Part shown: positions 1 through 15,000 of the stretch, piece after piece
Layout: the number at the start of each line of letters is the position of its first letter
Numbering within the stretch: position 1 is the first letter of the stretch
Assembly (NCBI GenBank): GCA_031268675.1
Contig: JAIRWY010000055.1
Location: 10,155 to 74,154, forward strand
Length of the DNA stretch: 64,000 bases
From: Candidatus Ancillula glyptotermitis
GTDB taxonomy: Bacteria; Actinomycetota; Actinomycetes; Actinomycetales; Bifidobacteriaceae
Direction of reading: 5' to 3'
Notes under the pieces: model-generated
The model's input: the letters and a program-made list of their open reading frames with translations, nothing else
What the model was told of the DNA's origin: nothing
Database searches by the model: none
Made by a program: the position numbers and the translations under genes

Positions 1-3000
1 AAACTAATAACATCGGGCTTTTTGGGTCGCTAATTTCTAGCACGGATGCTGCAAATAAGGTTTGTGGAAGTGCAAAAAATGCAGTTTGTATGCCAACTAT
101 TCAAAATCTTACTGTTGAAGTGGGACCAAGTGGAATTACTGGAAGATCTAATGTGGGAGCGGTTGCTGGATATGCGGCAGGTGCTGCGTTCAACAACGTT
201 AAAGTAGACAGAGTGTCCAGCATGAACCATAATCCTATAGTAAAATCTGCTGCTTCTGATGTCAATGTGGGCACTGGCGGTTTAGTTGGGTTTATAAGTT
301 GTTTAAATCCAGCGGTTGCTCAAAAGGATGTTGCAACTTCAATAGTTGGTACGCCTGCTGAATGTATAGCAACAGTTTCTAAAATCGATAAGTCATCAGT
401 TGAAAGAGTTGATATAAAAGGCGCGCGAGCATCAAAGTGGCAGAAGTTTCGCGTTTATGGAGGAACTGGAGGTTTAGCAGGTCTTGCAGTTTCCACGCGC
501 ATCAATTTTTCACATGCAACAGGAGCGGTTGATGGGGATGCTGTGGGCAGCGTGGCAACTTCTCGAGGTGCTGGAGTAAGTGGCGGACTTGTTGGTACAA
601 TTCTTAACGGTTTGCAGAATCCAGCTGATACTTATACTAATGGTTACGATGCTTACGTGAAATCATGTTATAATGGTGCTACTTCTGCATATTCTACAAT
701 TTCAAAGTCATACTCAGAAGGTACTGTAACGGGTTCAGTTGCAGGCGGTCTTGTTGGATGGGCAGGAAATGGTAATTCAGATAAATGTAGTACCGAAAGT
801 GGTAGCAGTGGATCTACTTTAGGAACAGCTTATGGTCCTATTAATGTGTATTCTAAGCTAGGAACTCCGCAAATTATTGAAAGCTATTCAGCAAATACAG
901 CAGTTGTAACAGGAAAAGGAAGTTATCGCGAACTTGGAGGAATAGTTGGAATTTTGACTGCTGGCGGTTCAGTTCTTGACTCTTACACTGCAAGTCCTCT
1001 AACAGCAAATTCTACCACAAATTCAGGTAATTATATCGTTGGCGGTTTAGTTGGAGTTGCACTAGGTGGTAATGGTGTTTTTTCAAGCTATGCATCAGGA
1101 AAAATTTCTAATACAAATACTGCTAGAATTGGTGCAGTAATTGGGGATGACTGGCCAGATACTTCTTCAAAATATGCAGGCTGGAATGTTATTCAGGAAT
1201 CTAGTGGCAAAGATAACGCACCTTATACTATTGGCTGTACAACTGGTTGTACAATAAATATCTTCGCATTCACTAATTTTGTGGATGCTTCATCAGCTAC
1301 TGGAACTGGAACCACCCTCCCAATTCTTTCTCAAAATCACACGATATTTGATAATACTTCTGATAGATCTAAAATTACTCGTACGGTGAGTAGTGTAATC
1401 GCAAAATATTATGATGCAGCAACTTTGACATCTACTACTGCCGCTTTGCTCAAGACTAGAGCACCATATGTTCAGCAAGGCTGGGATTTCGCTCTAGCTC
1501 CAGGTAAATTGACATCCAAGTGGCGTTTAGAAGGAGATGGTGCATTTTACCCTAAACTTGCATGGCAGGTGGAGGATGATCCACTCAATGTCACAGATGC
1601 TGAAATCACCAGGATAATCAGGTGTAATGTGCCAGAAGTGAGTAACTACATTGGTCAATACGGAGTTCCTTGGAGCGCTTCTAAAATGAACGAGCTGGGC
1701 GTTCCAGACATTGAACGAGACTATACATGTACGAATCCATCTGAATCTGAAATTGCCAACACCTTGAAATTTGCAAATGAAACCACGCTTAAACAAGCCA
1801 CTTTAGCTGCTCAGCGTTTACGGTTGTTCTCTGGAGGAGGCACTGGACAAGCAAGTAATCCATTTAAGATCCGCACTGCTAAAGACCTAGATAATCTGCA
1901 CCGCTTTTTTGGATCAACAGTAGCTTCAACTACTGCGAATACTGCGAAGACATGCGGAATTGCTGGAGGAGAACAGTGCGATACTGGGCAACGAGTTTTT
2001 GCTGATACAATTTCTACAGATAATCAACAAGCATACTGGGAGTTGGCAAATGACATCGACCTGAAAGACTATTTAGCAAAAACACCGTCTGTGGAAGGTG
2101 CTAATCTTGGTTATCAAAAGTATGGAGATGCTGGTTGGGCTCCTCTAGGGCGCGCGGCATATGGTACAGGAACTTATCGGATTTCTGGTGCTACTGATCC
2201 TGCAGGTGGTACAACAATGTACTCGTCTAATAGTAATGGTCACTGGCTTCAAGGAACAACTGAGGTCGAGCAACAATTTAGGCTATATGCATTTTTTGGA
2301 AATATTGATTTTGCAAGTCATTCAATTAAGAACTTCTGGCTTCAAAGACCAAGTGAGTTATATACTGGATTCTTTGGAACTCAGGGCTTTGGGGTTATTA
2401 GGAATGGATCAATAACTGTTGCAAATCCTGGAGTTCGAGGTTATAGATATACAGGAGTAGTTTCGGGTTATGTTATTGCTGGTAGTGATTTGAACAACTT
2501 CTCAGTTGGTGTGGCCAATCAAGAAGATAGAGAGAATACCCAAGTGACTGTTTGTGCAAAAAATGCAACATCATGCGCTGCAGTTTATGTCGGAGGTGCT
2601 TTAGGATTAACTAAGGGCGGTTTGCAAAATGTGCATACTGATATAGATGTTAATATTGGGCGGTTTGGAACTGCCGATACTGATACAGCATTAAAAGGTG
2701 CAACTGGAGTGGTTACATATGTTGGAGGAGTTGTTGGTACCTTAGACTGTACAAATAGTTGTGAAATGCGTAGAGTTTGGTCAACAGGAAATGTTTATGC
2801 TCCGCGCTCAAATATAGTTGGTGGAGTATTTGGAGAAATGTATGGCGCGAGCAAGTTGAACCAAGGTTATTCCACAGGTAATGTTACTGGTAGAAATTCA
2901 GTTGGCGGTGTAGGCGGTCGAGTTGCACAATATGCACGTGAACTCTCTGAAGTATTTTCTACTGGAGACATCAAGGATTATTATATGGATACAGGCGGTA

Positions 3001-6000
3001 TATTAGGAAGAGTTGATGGTTTATCATCAGGTGATGATACTTTTACAATAAGAGATGCTTTTACTGGAGGAAGTGTTTGGCATGTTGGAACTGGTCGAGA
3101 TATTGGTGGTACACTAGGTTATGGGGCTGCTAATGTAATGATTAGAAATGTCTATTTAACTGGTGTTGTGTGCAGTGCAACTTCTGGACAAAGACAAGGT
3201 ACAATTTCAGGTTATTTAGCAGGTGGTACAAAAACTTTATCGCAAAACTTCTTTAACTTAACAGTTACTAATACATATAAAGCTTCTGGACAGTGCAATT
3301 ATCCTGCAACCGCGCCAGTTGGAGAATTGACTTATGGTTATTATGAGGCACATGGAGCAAATGAAGAGGACATGTATGTTCAATCTACTTTCCAAAATGC
3401 GGGCTGGGATTTTGAGTGGAAGAACCGTAATGCATCTGAAGATAAATGGGTTCCACCAGTTTGGTATTTGCCAGAGACTGCTGGTGAGGATGGAATTATG
3501 CCACAGCTTTATTGGGTTGCAGGAGATAATAAGCCAAATCCTGTAAACGATTTTGATGGAGGCTCTGGAACTAACGCAGATCCGTACCGAATTGCTACTG
3601 CCCAGCAACTTGATAATCTTCACAAGTATTTAGGAGAAGATTGCTGGAAACCAGATGGTACTGGCACATGTAGTACTCCAGGTAACGATACTGATACTGC
3701 AGGTACATCTTTTAGTTCTTTGCATTTTAAGCTAGTTGCTGATATAGACTTGACTGATTATTTGAAGCCTGGTGGTTTAGGCTGGTCTAAATATGGCAAG
3801 AGCGGCTGGGAACCAATTGGCGGTTCACGCGTTGCCAATGAGAAAACTGGTGCATCAGATAGTTCTGCATTTAACAGCCATTTAGACGGTTCATGCGCTG
3901 CAGAAGAAACTGCTGAAACTTGCCAAGCGCTAGACTTGTATGGTAGACGTTCGCATACAATCAAGGGCCTTTGGATGCAGAAGACTTACAACATGGTGGG
4001 ACTTTTTGGAAGAACTAAGTATTCAAACATCAACGATATTGTGCTTGATATAGATGGAGATCCTGTAAGAGACAGAAACAATGTGAATGTGAACTTAGAC
4101 CGTAATTCAAAAACATACGGCGGTATTACAGGAGGTGCTGAAGTAGGCTCGCTTATCGGGTGCACTGATGCGACCACCATCAAGAACGTCTTTATAACAT
4201 CAAGCTCAACTCAGCCTGGAAATGTCATCATCTTAGGACAACCAACCTATAGAGAAGGCGGGGGAGAACAAGGTGCTTATGGTGGTGGAATTTCTGGTAT
4301 TTTCTACAATTCCGTGATTACGGATTCTGAGTTGTATTTGCCAGGATCATATATAGGAGCAGTTCATAAAGTTGCTCAACCGCAGAGAGCACAAATATCC
4401 TTGTCCTCAAATGAAGTAACTCAGGTTATCGGAGGTGGTTTTGGACATATTACAAATCAGTCAGCTGCTCGAAGAGTTGGCATCACATTTGGTTATGTTG
4501 CAGGTGATAATATTATTGGTGGTTTCGCTGGAAAGCTTGGTGGAAGTTCTAGTACTAGTGGTGCCTCTTCTCAATCTGTTATAAGTCAATCATTTGTAAA
4601 AGGAAAAGCAGTTATTGCAGGACTTACTACTGCTACTCGTTCTTGGAATTCAGCATTAATGGGTGGAGGAGTCGGTATTATGGAAGGGCACTCAACGCTT
4701 GCAGATTCATATGTCCAAGTGCAATATGTTCTAAATGGCTCTGGTAGTTACAGTTGGACAGGCGGAATTGCAGGATATTTGGGCAATACTAATACTACTG
4801 CTACTACCATTAAAATTCAACAAGTTTATTATTCTCCTGGTGTTACTGGCACTGGTAATGGAGGCGTTTTTGCTCAAAAAAATGTTCTTTGGCCAGATCA
4901 AGTTACAGATTCTACGACCACGGGTTATGGGGTATTTGGGTCAGCTCCTGCTAATATAACTAGTGACAGTAACTCAAATACTGGTGTATTTGCAATATAC
5001 GATTCTGGTGCTGGATCTTTCAGGGGTAGTTCAGCTGTAACTCCAGCTTCTGCTTATCACTACAAACTTAGTTATTCAAGTGGTATTACCATGATGTCTA
5101 GGTGGAGATTTCAGGTTTTTGGTTTCCGCTTCATGAAGACTGATGAGGGAGATGCTCCTTGGACAATTGACAACGGCAAGGATCGCCCTAGACTTGCTTG
5201 GGAGAAGGAGTATGGAACTGGAACTCGGCATGCAGAAGATGGACTTAACCTGTACTCGCAAGTTCCAAGACCTGGATCTGTGTGGAATCTGCAGTGTTCA
5301 AACCCTGGATATGATCAGGTAAAGGGCAAGATCGTCACAGATGATAGTCATGGTGGCACAACTGAGACAGAGGTTGGAACTGATACTATACCATGTTTAA
5401 TAACAACTCCTGAGCAGTTTGATGATCTGCACAATAGAGTGGGCTGGGAATATGCATTCACACACTTCAAACTTGGAGCGGACATTGATCTGGGCTATAA
5501 CGTGGCTGGTGGTTTGATTGGAACTGCTGCTAATCCTGGACCAGAAAGAAACAATGGTTATGGTTGGGATCCAATTGGTAAAGGAAAAGATGCTGGTTTT
5601 GATGGCAGTTATAGTACATACAACGTTGATATCAATCCAAATCCAGTTGTTAGTAGTAACAATAAAATTCTTACATGGGCTCCAGCAATTTCAGGCAAGT
5701 CTAGAGAGTCATGGTATAGCGATTACAGTATGTGGCAAGCGCACTTAGATGGAGATAATCATAAAATAACTAACCTCTATATTAACGGTCATGGATACAG
5801 TGCACAAGGAAATGGCTTATTTGGTTATGCGGCTGTTGGAGCCTCAATTAAGAATCTAGTACTTGGTGTTAATTCAGTTACTGGAACTGCTTATGTTGGT
5901 GCAGTTGTTGGTCATGGTGATTATACTCTTTATGATGCAAAATCTTGGGGTGGAGTACCAGCAAAGTATGGAAGTGGAAGTGGAAGTCAAGATCCTTGGA

Positions 6001-9000
6001 AGACTAGATGGTCTGCAATTACTACCTCAAATCTTGGCAAGGTTCAACTAGACCATCTGAGGGTGTATGGTGCAAATGGTGAGTATTTGAAAGACTTCAA
6101 CCCCAATATCACTGCGGATCTTGCAAAAGTTGCTCAAATCAAGTGCACTGGTGCTAGATGCGGTGGAGTTTCTGGTTTTTATGGTGGAGATTTATCATAT
6201 TCATCTGCTCAACTAAATCTGAATAGTACTAATAGTTATGTTGGTGGTTTGACTGGATATACATCTGGTGCAGTTTTAGACCACACATATGCAGAAGGCA
6301 AGATAGTAGGTGGTGCTTATACTGGAGGACTAGTTGGAGAATTGCGCGCGAACGGAAAAGTTGTTGATTCATATTCAAATGCAATAATTGAAGGACCGTC
6401 AGAAGTTGGCGGTATTGCTGGCACTATTTATGGCGGTGGAAGTATATACAGTTCATATTCAGTGGGAAGTGTAACCACAAATGCAACTTCTTATTCTGGT
6501 GTAGCGGCAGCTGCTGGCGGTCTAGTTGGTAGAATATCTTCAGCGAATGCAACTGATGATACCAATATAGCACAGGTTTTCAATATTTATGAATGTTTTT
6601 CTTCCGCAACTGTTCAGGGAAACACAGATACTGTTAGAGCACTAGCAGCGGCTAGTCGCTTTTCTATAGCACTTGGAGGCTTGGTAGGAGATTATAATAG
6701 TTATAGTTGGAGTTCAACTATAAGATCTGATGCTTCTAACTATTATATAACAAACAGTTATTTTACTGGATCTGTCCGAGGAATTGGATCAAGTTTCTAC
6801 ACAAACAACTACAAAATAAGTCAGGACTCTGGCGGTTTAGTTGGTAGAGTACATGTTAATGGTGGTTCAGGCAGTCAAGGTGTGTATTTGCGGTCAAATT
6901 ATGTAAATGCATCTGCTATTAGTTCGGTTGATGGTATTGTTGGATTTTTAGTTGGGTATACTTCAAGTAGTAGTTCTCCTTCTGGTACTTCTACTACCAC
7001 TAGTTTTACATCCAGAACTGGAACTGTTATGACCCAAAATCAAGTTTATGGTACTGCCACTATGGGTTATACTGATGGCTGTTCTGCGGTAACTGGATTT
7101 AGTTCTAGTGGTGTCAGCTGTGGTAGCTTTTATGGTGCTTATTTGACAAATGAAGGCGATGCTAACCAAAATACGATTATGCATAAAGAGCAACTTGGTC
7201 AAATGTCAACTTACCAAAATTATTATTCTGGTGCTGACTATTCAAAGAATTTTGCATTTGATGCCAAGAATCCATATCGTCGCCCAGTTTGGCATGCATT
7301 TGAAGATGAACATGCATCTCCAATTTTAGACTGGCAGGTTAGAAAAGGTGCAATTGGACCTGAAGCATATAATTCTGATGGTTTGACGAAGGCCACGAAT
7401 GAAGATGGTGAATGGAAAACTGATGGTAAGACATATCTACCGAGTATTTTCAAAGGTTGTGAAGTTGGAACAGATGGTTTGACGGATAACAACACTAATA
7501 ACAAAAATAAGATTGCAGGAGATGGTATTTATGACACGATTGGTCAGTATTGTGATGGATCTAGTACGAAACCATTTACTATTCGCACTGAGCAAGAACT
7601 TTGGCAAATGCGTCTGTTTAATCGTCATGTTAGTGGAGTGGAAAGAAATTATGGCGATGAAATTGTAAATCTAGATCGTGCAACCGTTCCTAATCTTGAT
7701 AATGCAGATGATAATAAGAATTTGAATTTTGAGCTTGCTAACGATATAACTTTAACTGAGAACAACGTCTTGAATACAATAACAGGTAAATATGGGACGA
7801 TGTCTGGCACTCAAGCCACAGGGCGTGGTTGGGATCCAATTGCTGTTAATGGAACACGCCAAAGTACTGTTTTTGTTGCTGGCTCTTTTTGGAATTCAAC
7901 TTTTAATGGAAATGGACACACAATTGATGGTCTTTGGCAAAATAGAGCAGATTCTGTCACAAAATCGTCGTATCTAATGGACACTTTAGAGCATGCCGCT
8001 GTTTCTACTCATAAGAGCGTCAACTGTGGTGGATTGTTTTGCTATTCAGTGAATTCTACAATTAAGAATTTGAGTGTAATCACTGCAGATAAGGGAGTTC
8101 AAGCATCTCAGGATATTGGTATTTTAGTTGGTGATATGATTTCTGGAAAGTTAGAAAATATTTCTGTGCGCGGCAATGCTTATGCAAAATGTTTAGCAAG
8201 TTCTTCGAATGCTATGTGTTCAGTAGCCAATAATTACACTTGGGATGGTAAAAACCTCGGTGGTGTTGTAGGTTTTGTTGGTATAGTATCTACTTTGACC
8301 ACACCCCCAGTTATAGACAATGTGCATTTAGTTGCAGGCTCTAAAGTACAGACTGCTAATGGTGATGTGCTTGCTCAGGCGGCTAACTATGTAGTTGGTG
8401 GTTTAGTTGGAAAAATGCAATCTGGTACAATCACTAATTCATCAGCAAATGCAACAATTATAGGGCCTTGGGTTACTGGTGGTCTGCTTGGAGAAACTGC
8501 TCCTGATACTCTTGCTTCTAATAGTACTAATCCATATGCAAATTATCAACCTGTCACTATTTCTAACTCGTATTCTGCAGGACTAGTTCGCACCGCTTAT
8601 GATGGCAGTGGAGGTACTACTAATGGTACATTTCTTGGCGGTTTTCTTGGGCATACTAGTAATAGTACGCAAGTTACTGTGGAGAACTCATATTCAACTG
8701 CAGATGTTATAAACGCCACATCTTCTGGAGGCACTAATAAAATTGCTGGTTCTTTTGGTGGAGCATTGCAAGCTACCACGCCACATATCTTGAAGAATAT
8801 TTATGCAACAGGAAGTGTTAAATTTGAAGGCACTAAGACAGTAACTGGTGGTAATAACGAGTTCTTTGGAAATATGCTTGCGGGCACTAGTCGCTTTGGT
8901 AACAGCACATGTTCAGGAATTGTTTCTAGTGTTCATTCTACAAGTAATGTTAGTAGTAATAATAATTGTACAGAAAATGCTGCTGATCAGTATAAGTATA

Positions 9001-12000
9001 GAACTCCTGAGGAATTCAAATTAGCATCAACTTTTCAGGCGTTCAGTGATTGGAATTTGTCATTTAATACTAGTACCATAAATTCCAACTTGTCCGGTTC
9101 TCTTCCTAGTTTCGTGATTGATCCAAGTGGAAATGATTTCGGCAACAGAAATGATGGATTAGGCACGAAGATTCCGATTTTCTACTGGCAAACTCAGCAG
9201 GACACAAACCACGGCGGTATTTTGAAGCCTGGTGTAACTTCTGAAGATGAATACTATCCGTTTAATGCGGACGGCACTTGGAAAGGCGTTAAGTTGTCAA
9301 GTGGCTGGATTCCGAACATCTTGAAAGAAGGCAGGTGTGTGTATACTGCTGGTGATACTATTGGAAATGTACCAACTGGAACTGCCGAAGATCCTTGTAA
9401 AATAACAAGCGCTGAGGATCTGGACAATATGAGGTATTTGCTTGGAAATGTGAATAAGGACTTGCATTTTAAGGTGGTTGATGATATTAACCTTGAACAA
9501 TATTCACTTGACAAGTGGGGGAATGCGGGCTGGGATCCAATTGGACCTGGAGATGGCGGAACTTCAAACTACTCCTCATTTGCATCTAGTTTTGATGGCG
9601 GTGCTGTGATTAAACTAACTGGTCTTAGTACTCATGATCAGGTGAAATCTGGTGCAGATAATATCGGTCTTGAATATGAATCTGGACCTAAAATCACTGG
9701 ACTTTTCATCAACAGGCAAGATCCAAGTGGAAGTGAAAACAAGGTGTACCCCAAGCTCTCCAGTTATCTAGGGCTTTTTGGAACTATTGGAAGTTCAAAC
9801 AGCAAGAATGCGAGGATCTCAAATGTATACCTAGATGTTAATAGCACAAGGCAGGGCATTAGAGGAACTAAACTGCTTGGTTCGCTTGCAGGATTAGCCT
9901 CAAAACTCTTGGTGAATAATGTCATCGTCAATAATGCAACTGTTAATTCCAACTACGTGCCAGCTAGTAAAGCGGATTATAAAACTGCTGCTGATAATGT
10001 TGATGTTGGCGGTCTTATTGGTGCTGTTTCATCAGGTATTGACCAAAATGATAGAACTGCACAAGATGGCTCACAACAACCGTTTGTCTCCAATACAAAA
10101 GTTACTGTGGGCAAGGTTAAAGCAAATGCAAACAATGTTGGCGGTATGGTTGGCGGTATTTGGTCAACTACTACTACTGCAACTGCTAAAGCTGCTATTG
10201 ACTTCAAGAATGTGGTTGTGGATGCTATGAGTGGAAAGGGCACTACAGACCTAAGTGCGAGTAATCCAAATCCGAATACTATTCAAGGTGGTTTTGCAGT
10301 GGGAGGTTTACTTGGAACTTCTGGTGATTTAGATACAACAAGTAGTAGCAATTACGAACGTTATCTTGACCGTACTGCGTTTTCTAATGTGAACGTTACT
10401 AATGCTTTAACAAATGTTGCAATTGGTTCTTCTGGAAGCGAATCTACCGCGGAAACTGACCAAGGTGGAAGTGGCGGTATGGTGGGCTATATGGCTAGAA
10501 GAGCCACAGTTTCGTATTCAACTGCAAAAGGTGATGTGCAGACTGGAAAGCGCAAAGTTGGTGGATTTGTGGGCACGATATTTGATGGTTCCACAATTTC
10601 AGACTCAATGGCGTATGGACAAGTGGGAGGTTCGCAATATGTGGGCGGATTCGTGGGCTATATGCGATCTGGGCTTATTGCAAGATGTGGAACTGAGAGC
10701 GTGCGTGTATTTTCATCTGGTAATGTTGCTGGTGGTTTTGCTGGATTCATGAACAATTATTATGGCGCAACTTCAAATGGAACTGGTGTAAAGATAAAGC
10801 AGAGTTATTCTCGCGCATATGAAACTTCTGCTGCAGGAAATACTGCTGGTGGATTCGTAGGCAAAGTGTTTGATGCTGCTGCAATTTCTACACCTTCAGT
10901 TGAGGTTATTGATTCGTATGCGCGCGGTAATGTCTACTCGCAAGGTACTACGAGTTCAGCAATACTTTCTCAAGCTGGTGGTTTTGTTGGTAGCGGAACA
11001 AGATCAAAGATAACTGATGGATATTTTGCATTTGATCCAAACGATAAAGATCCAAACTACTGTTTCCATATTGATGGAAATGCAACTTATGACAAATGCA
11101 AGGATTCACTTGGTAATCCATATTATGGAACTATCGGTTTTGGGACTTCAGGTAGTGGCGTTGCAGATGAAAATATTGGTAACGGTTTCCTCGGATCTGG
11201 ACCTGGAACTAGTAAGGATACTACTAATGATCCTTCAATTGTTAATGCATTCTACAATACACAAAAAGTAGTAATTAGTGGTAGCGTTTATACTACAGAA
11301 GATGCAAAGTGCCTTAATTTTCCGCAAAATGGTTATGCTGATGCAAATAAAGATGATACAACTTACGGAAAGTGTATTACGCGCGCGCAGTCTTTGAATA
11401 CAGGTACTTATAATGCATCAAACTGGGATATTGGACCTGGAGAAACGCATATCTGGAATAAACAAGATGGTAAACTTCCTGTGCTCTCTTGGGAGAACAG
11501 GGTGTCTGAATATGAAGGTTGTTATCCTGAACCAGAGGAAGACTGGAAGAAGAAGTTCACCTGGAAGTATTTGGAGGGCGTAGATGATGATGCAAAATCA
11601 GAAGCTGGCGTTTCTGGGGGCACTTGGGAACTCAACCCGTTCTACAAAGAGGGTGCTGTTTATGATACAGTTGCACTTGGGAACGATGAACATCCATGTG
11701 TAATTTCAACGCCTAAACAACTCCAGTCTATTAACAAGTTCTTGGGCAAAAAGTTCTCTGGAATGGTCTGGAAGTTGTCTGATACACTAGATGATGCAGA
11801 AGATATTGCAGAATATAGCCACTACAAGCTAAATGGTGACGATGTGAATGGTAAACATCAACCTGGACACCCACAGATTGCTCTACAAGACGCGAAAACC
11901 ATCGACCTGTCAACATACAAGGTCCTAGCAGAAGACAGCGAAGGAACGGGTCTTGAGGTCACTGGTGAGTGGCTTCCAATTGGGTATGGCGAGGCTAGGA

Positions 12001-15000
12001 ATGATGTTGTAGCATTACGGAGAGCATCAGGTGCAACTGGAGATACGAATAGGAATACACAAGCATTTTATGGAATTTTCAACGGTAACGGTAAATTTAT
12101 CCAGAACTTATATGTAAATAGATCAAGTGATTCTAATGTTGGTTTGTTCGGAGTTGTTGATTCTGTTTATTCTCCTTCAGTGGTCAGTCTTGAAGGTGTT
12201 GAAACTATTAAACAGCAGAAAAATGCTGGTCAAGTAAAGAATTTCACTCTTAGTGTTAAAGCCATCAAAGGCAAGCGTTTCATTGGAGGAGTTGCAGGAG
12301 AAGTAAATCTTGGTGCTTTGGTTTCAAATGTTGGAGTTGTTCCCGCAAAGTACTCAAGTGGTGCATTAGATCAAAGTAAAATGGAAGATGTTTCGTTGTA
12401 TACTCAGCCTGATGCTACAGAAACAGAAACTTTTAAGTCGCATGTTATTTCTACTTCAACGTCTGACTGGGTTGGGGCAGGTGGTCTTGTCGGGGTAACT
12501 GGCTCTGGTGCCTTAATTCAAGATTGTTATGTAGACGGTATCAATGTTGCTTCAGATCGTTCCGTTATTGGAGGACTTGGTGGAGGCGTTAGTGGCGTTG
12601 TGGATAGGTCAAAAGCTATAAATGGAGTTGTTATTGGTAGTAATGAAGTTGGGGGTCTTCTCGCATCTTCTGCAGGAATTAGTGGTAGCATGACAATTAA
12701 TGACTCGTTTTCCACAAATAATGTATATTATAACGATACGAGTGAACAGCCTAGTATAACGACGTATTACGGTATTGGTGCGTTAATTGGGGATGTTCAA
12801 GTAGTAAATAGCAAGATAATTCATTCATATGCAACTGGAACCGTAACTGCTATTGCGTCTAAAGCTAATAGTTATGTTGGATTAGGTGGTTTGATAGGTG
12901 GTTTGCAAAGTAATACGCAATATCTTGCGGGTAATAATAACTATTCATTATCTACTGCTGTAATTGGTCATAAGAATGGTACAGCATATACAACGATGCA
13001 GTTTGGTGGCTTAATTGGTAAAAGACCAGATACATCTGCTAAGCCGATGAGCGATTCTTTCTTCAATAGTAAATCTGCTACTTTCGGACAAGGTGCTTAT
13101 TGTACTAGCACCGCGACTAATTGTACTGGTGGTACTGGTGCTTTATGGGCAAATACTACCGCAAGCACAGCGAGTATTTCAGATGCGGGTACTCCAAGAA
13201 CAGAGCAAGAACTGATGTTGTGGTCTACCTTCTCAAATATGGGCTGGAATACCACAGTGAATGCTAAACAGTCCGTTTCTGCGCAAGTAGCTCCAACATG
13301 GGATTTTGATCCACAAGCTGGTAAGTCTGCACGGCTCTTCTGGGAGAAGGATTTAGAGGAGAAGTTCAATGGTGAGAGCAAGTTTTATCCTGAGGTGTAC
13401 AAGGACTGGAATGATAAAAGTCCTGGTGAAGATGGTTTTGAAGGCTCAAGATGTTTCTACACCTTAGATGGACAAGTTGATAATACAGCTTCTGGTTGGT
13501 CTAGTGCAAATCCGTGCTTGATTAGGAATGTGAAGGAATTTAACCAGTTGCGGTTATTTGCTGGTGTAAATGGTAGCGGTATTTTCTGGAAGATGGCAAA
13601 TGTAACCGACAACCCTGATATTCCTGGTGTAGATAATTCAGCAATAGATCTCTCAAGTGTTTCAAACACCCAGATCGGTTGGGATCCAATTGGAACTGGT
13701 TTGACATCATATTTGAGCAGTAATGATAATGATAATTATATGCAGTTTCAGGGATTTTTGAATAATAATACTAATGCATTTTATGGGCATTTTAATGGCG
13801 GTGGTCGGACATTTGACAACTATGCGATGAATAGGGTTGATTATGGAACTTATGGTGTGAATAACTTGGGATTATTCGGTATGCTAGCATCAACGGTTGA
13901 TCAGAGTAATAATGGAATACCTGTAACAATAGAGAATTTCACACTGAAACAAGCTAATGCAAATATTCTAACTTGGGGACAACATGTAGGTATGGTGCTT
14001 GGTTATTCTGCTGGATGTGCTACGGCAGCCACAGGTACAACTTCATATCCGTCTTGCGAAAGTACAGCCAATTCAGTTGTTATGCCTAGTACTATTATTA
14101 GAGATATCAAGATTTCCAAATATGCTGGTAAATTGATGAAAACTGGATTTGGTGACTCAATAGCTGATCCTACCTCAATTACTTCACATGGATTACAAGG
14201 TGCTTATATGGGGGCTTTAGCAGGTAAATTGATAAATGCGATTAAAGTTGAAAATGTAGAATCAGATGTAAGTTTGACGCATTATTTTAGTCATGGCATT
14301 AGTAGAAATACTGGTGTAATTGGTGGCTTAATTGGTGCTGTACTTGGCACTAAAAGTATTAGATCTACTAAAGTAGGGAATTTTGCTACTGTAATTGGTG
14401 ATGCTGAAGCATCTATTAACCAAAATAATATTATTAAGAGCGTACGTTCATCTGGAAAAGTGACTGGTGGTAATTATGTCGGTGGCTTAATTGGTGTTGC
14501 TAGATATATTAAAGTAGATGATGCTCATGCGACTGGAGACGTTGACACCATAAATTATAATTCTACTTCTTCTGTTGAGTTTGTCGGGCATGGCGGTTTG
14601 ATTGGTGGTACTGCGTGGGCTACGATTTCTCCAATTGAAGTTGCCAATTCCGATGCTGCAGGAAATCTTTTGAATACTAGTGAAATGCGGAATGTTAATA
14701 ATATTAATGCATATTGGGGCGGACTTGTTGGTTCTGCTGCTGTTAATACAAAAATTACTAATTCACATGCTACAGGAAGTCTTGTTTCAACTTCTGCTAG
14801 TAGTGTTCATTATTTTGGTGGTCTCCTTGGGGGTTTTGAGTTTGGTGCTTCTGGAGGAGGAAATGCTTGGAGACAGAGTGTTGGTTTTATGACAAATGAA
14901 GCGAAGTATGCTGAGATTTCAAATTCATATGCAACTGGAAGTATTACAATTAGCAATAATGGGTATACTACTCACTCAGTCTCTAGTGTTGGTGGTCTAA

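Noticed and set aside
1566-1833. Cap-to-head linkers as possible gene boundaries, which would make the region a row of 15 separate adhesin genes.
   Set aside because: Frame +3 runs straight through every linker I translated (nt 1,566-1,833, 5,201-5,376, 9,188-9,375, 13,343-13,494, 15,980-16,185, 28,016-28,176 and 30,716-30,753). There is no stop codon, no non-coding gap, and no start or RBS context.
5565-5577. The repeated 13-mer tgggatccaattg (nt 5,565, 7,830, 9,531, 13,680; contains a BamHI site) as a possible DNA-level regulatory or repeat element.
   Set aside because: It is always in frame and encodes the conserved head motif W-D-P-I. Other modules encode the same motif with different codons or residues (WEPIG, WLPIG, WSPIG, WHPIG).
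10728-10735. Many + strand copies of the E. coli Chi octamer gctggtgg, e.g. at nt 10,728-10,735 and also near nt 5,503, 19,540 and 29,070.
   Set aside because: The octamer is simply the codons for Ala-Gly-Gly (GCT GGT GGn) of the GLUG motif. Chi sequences are taxon-specific and the host is unknown.
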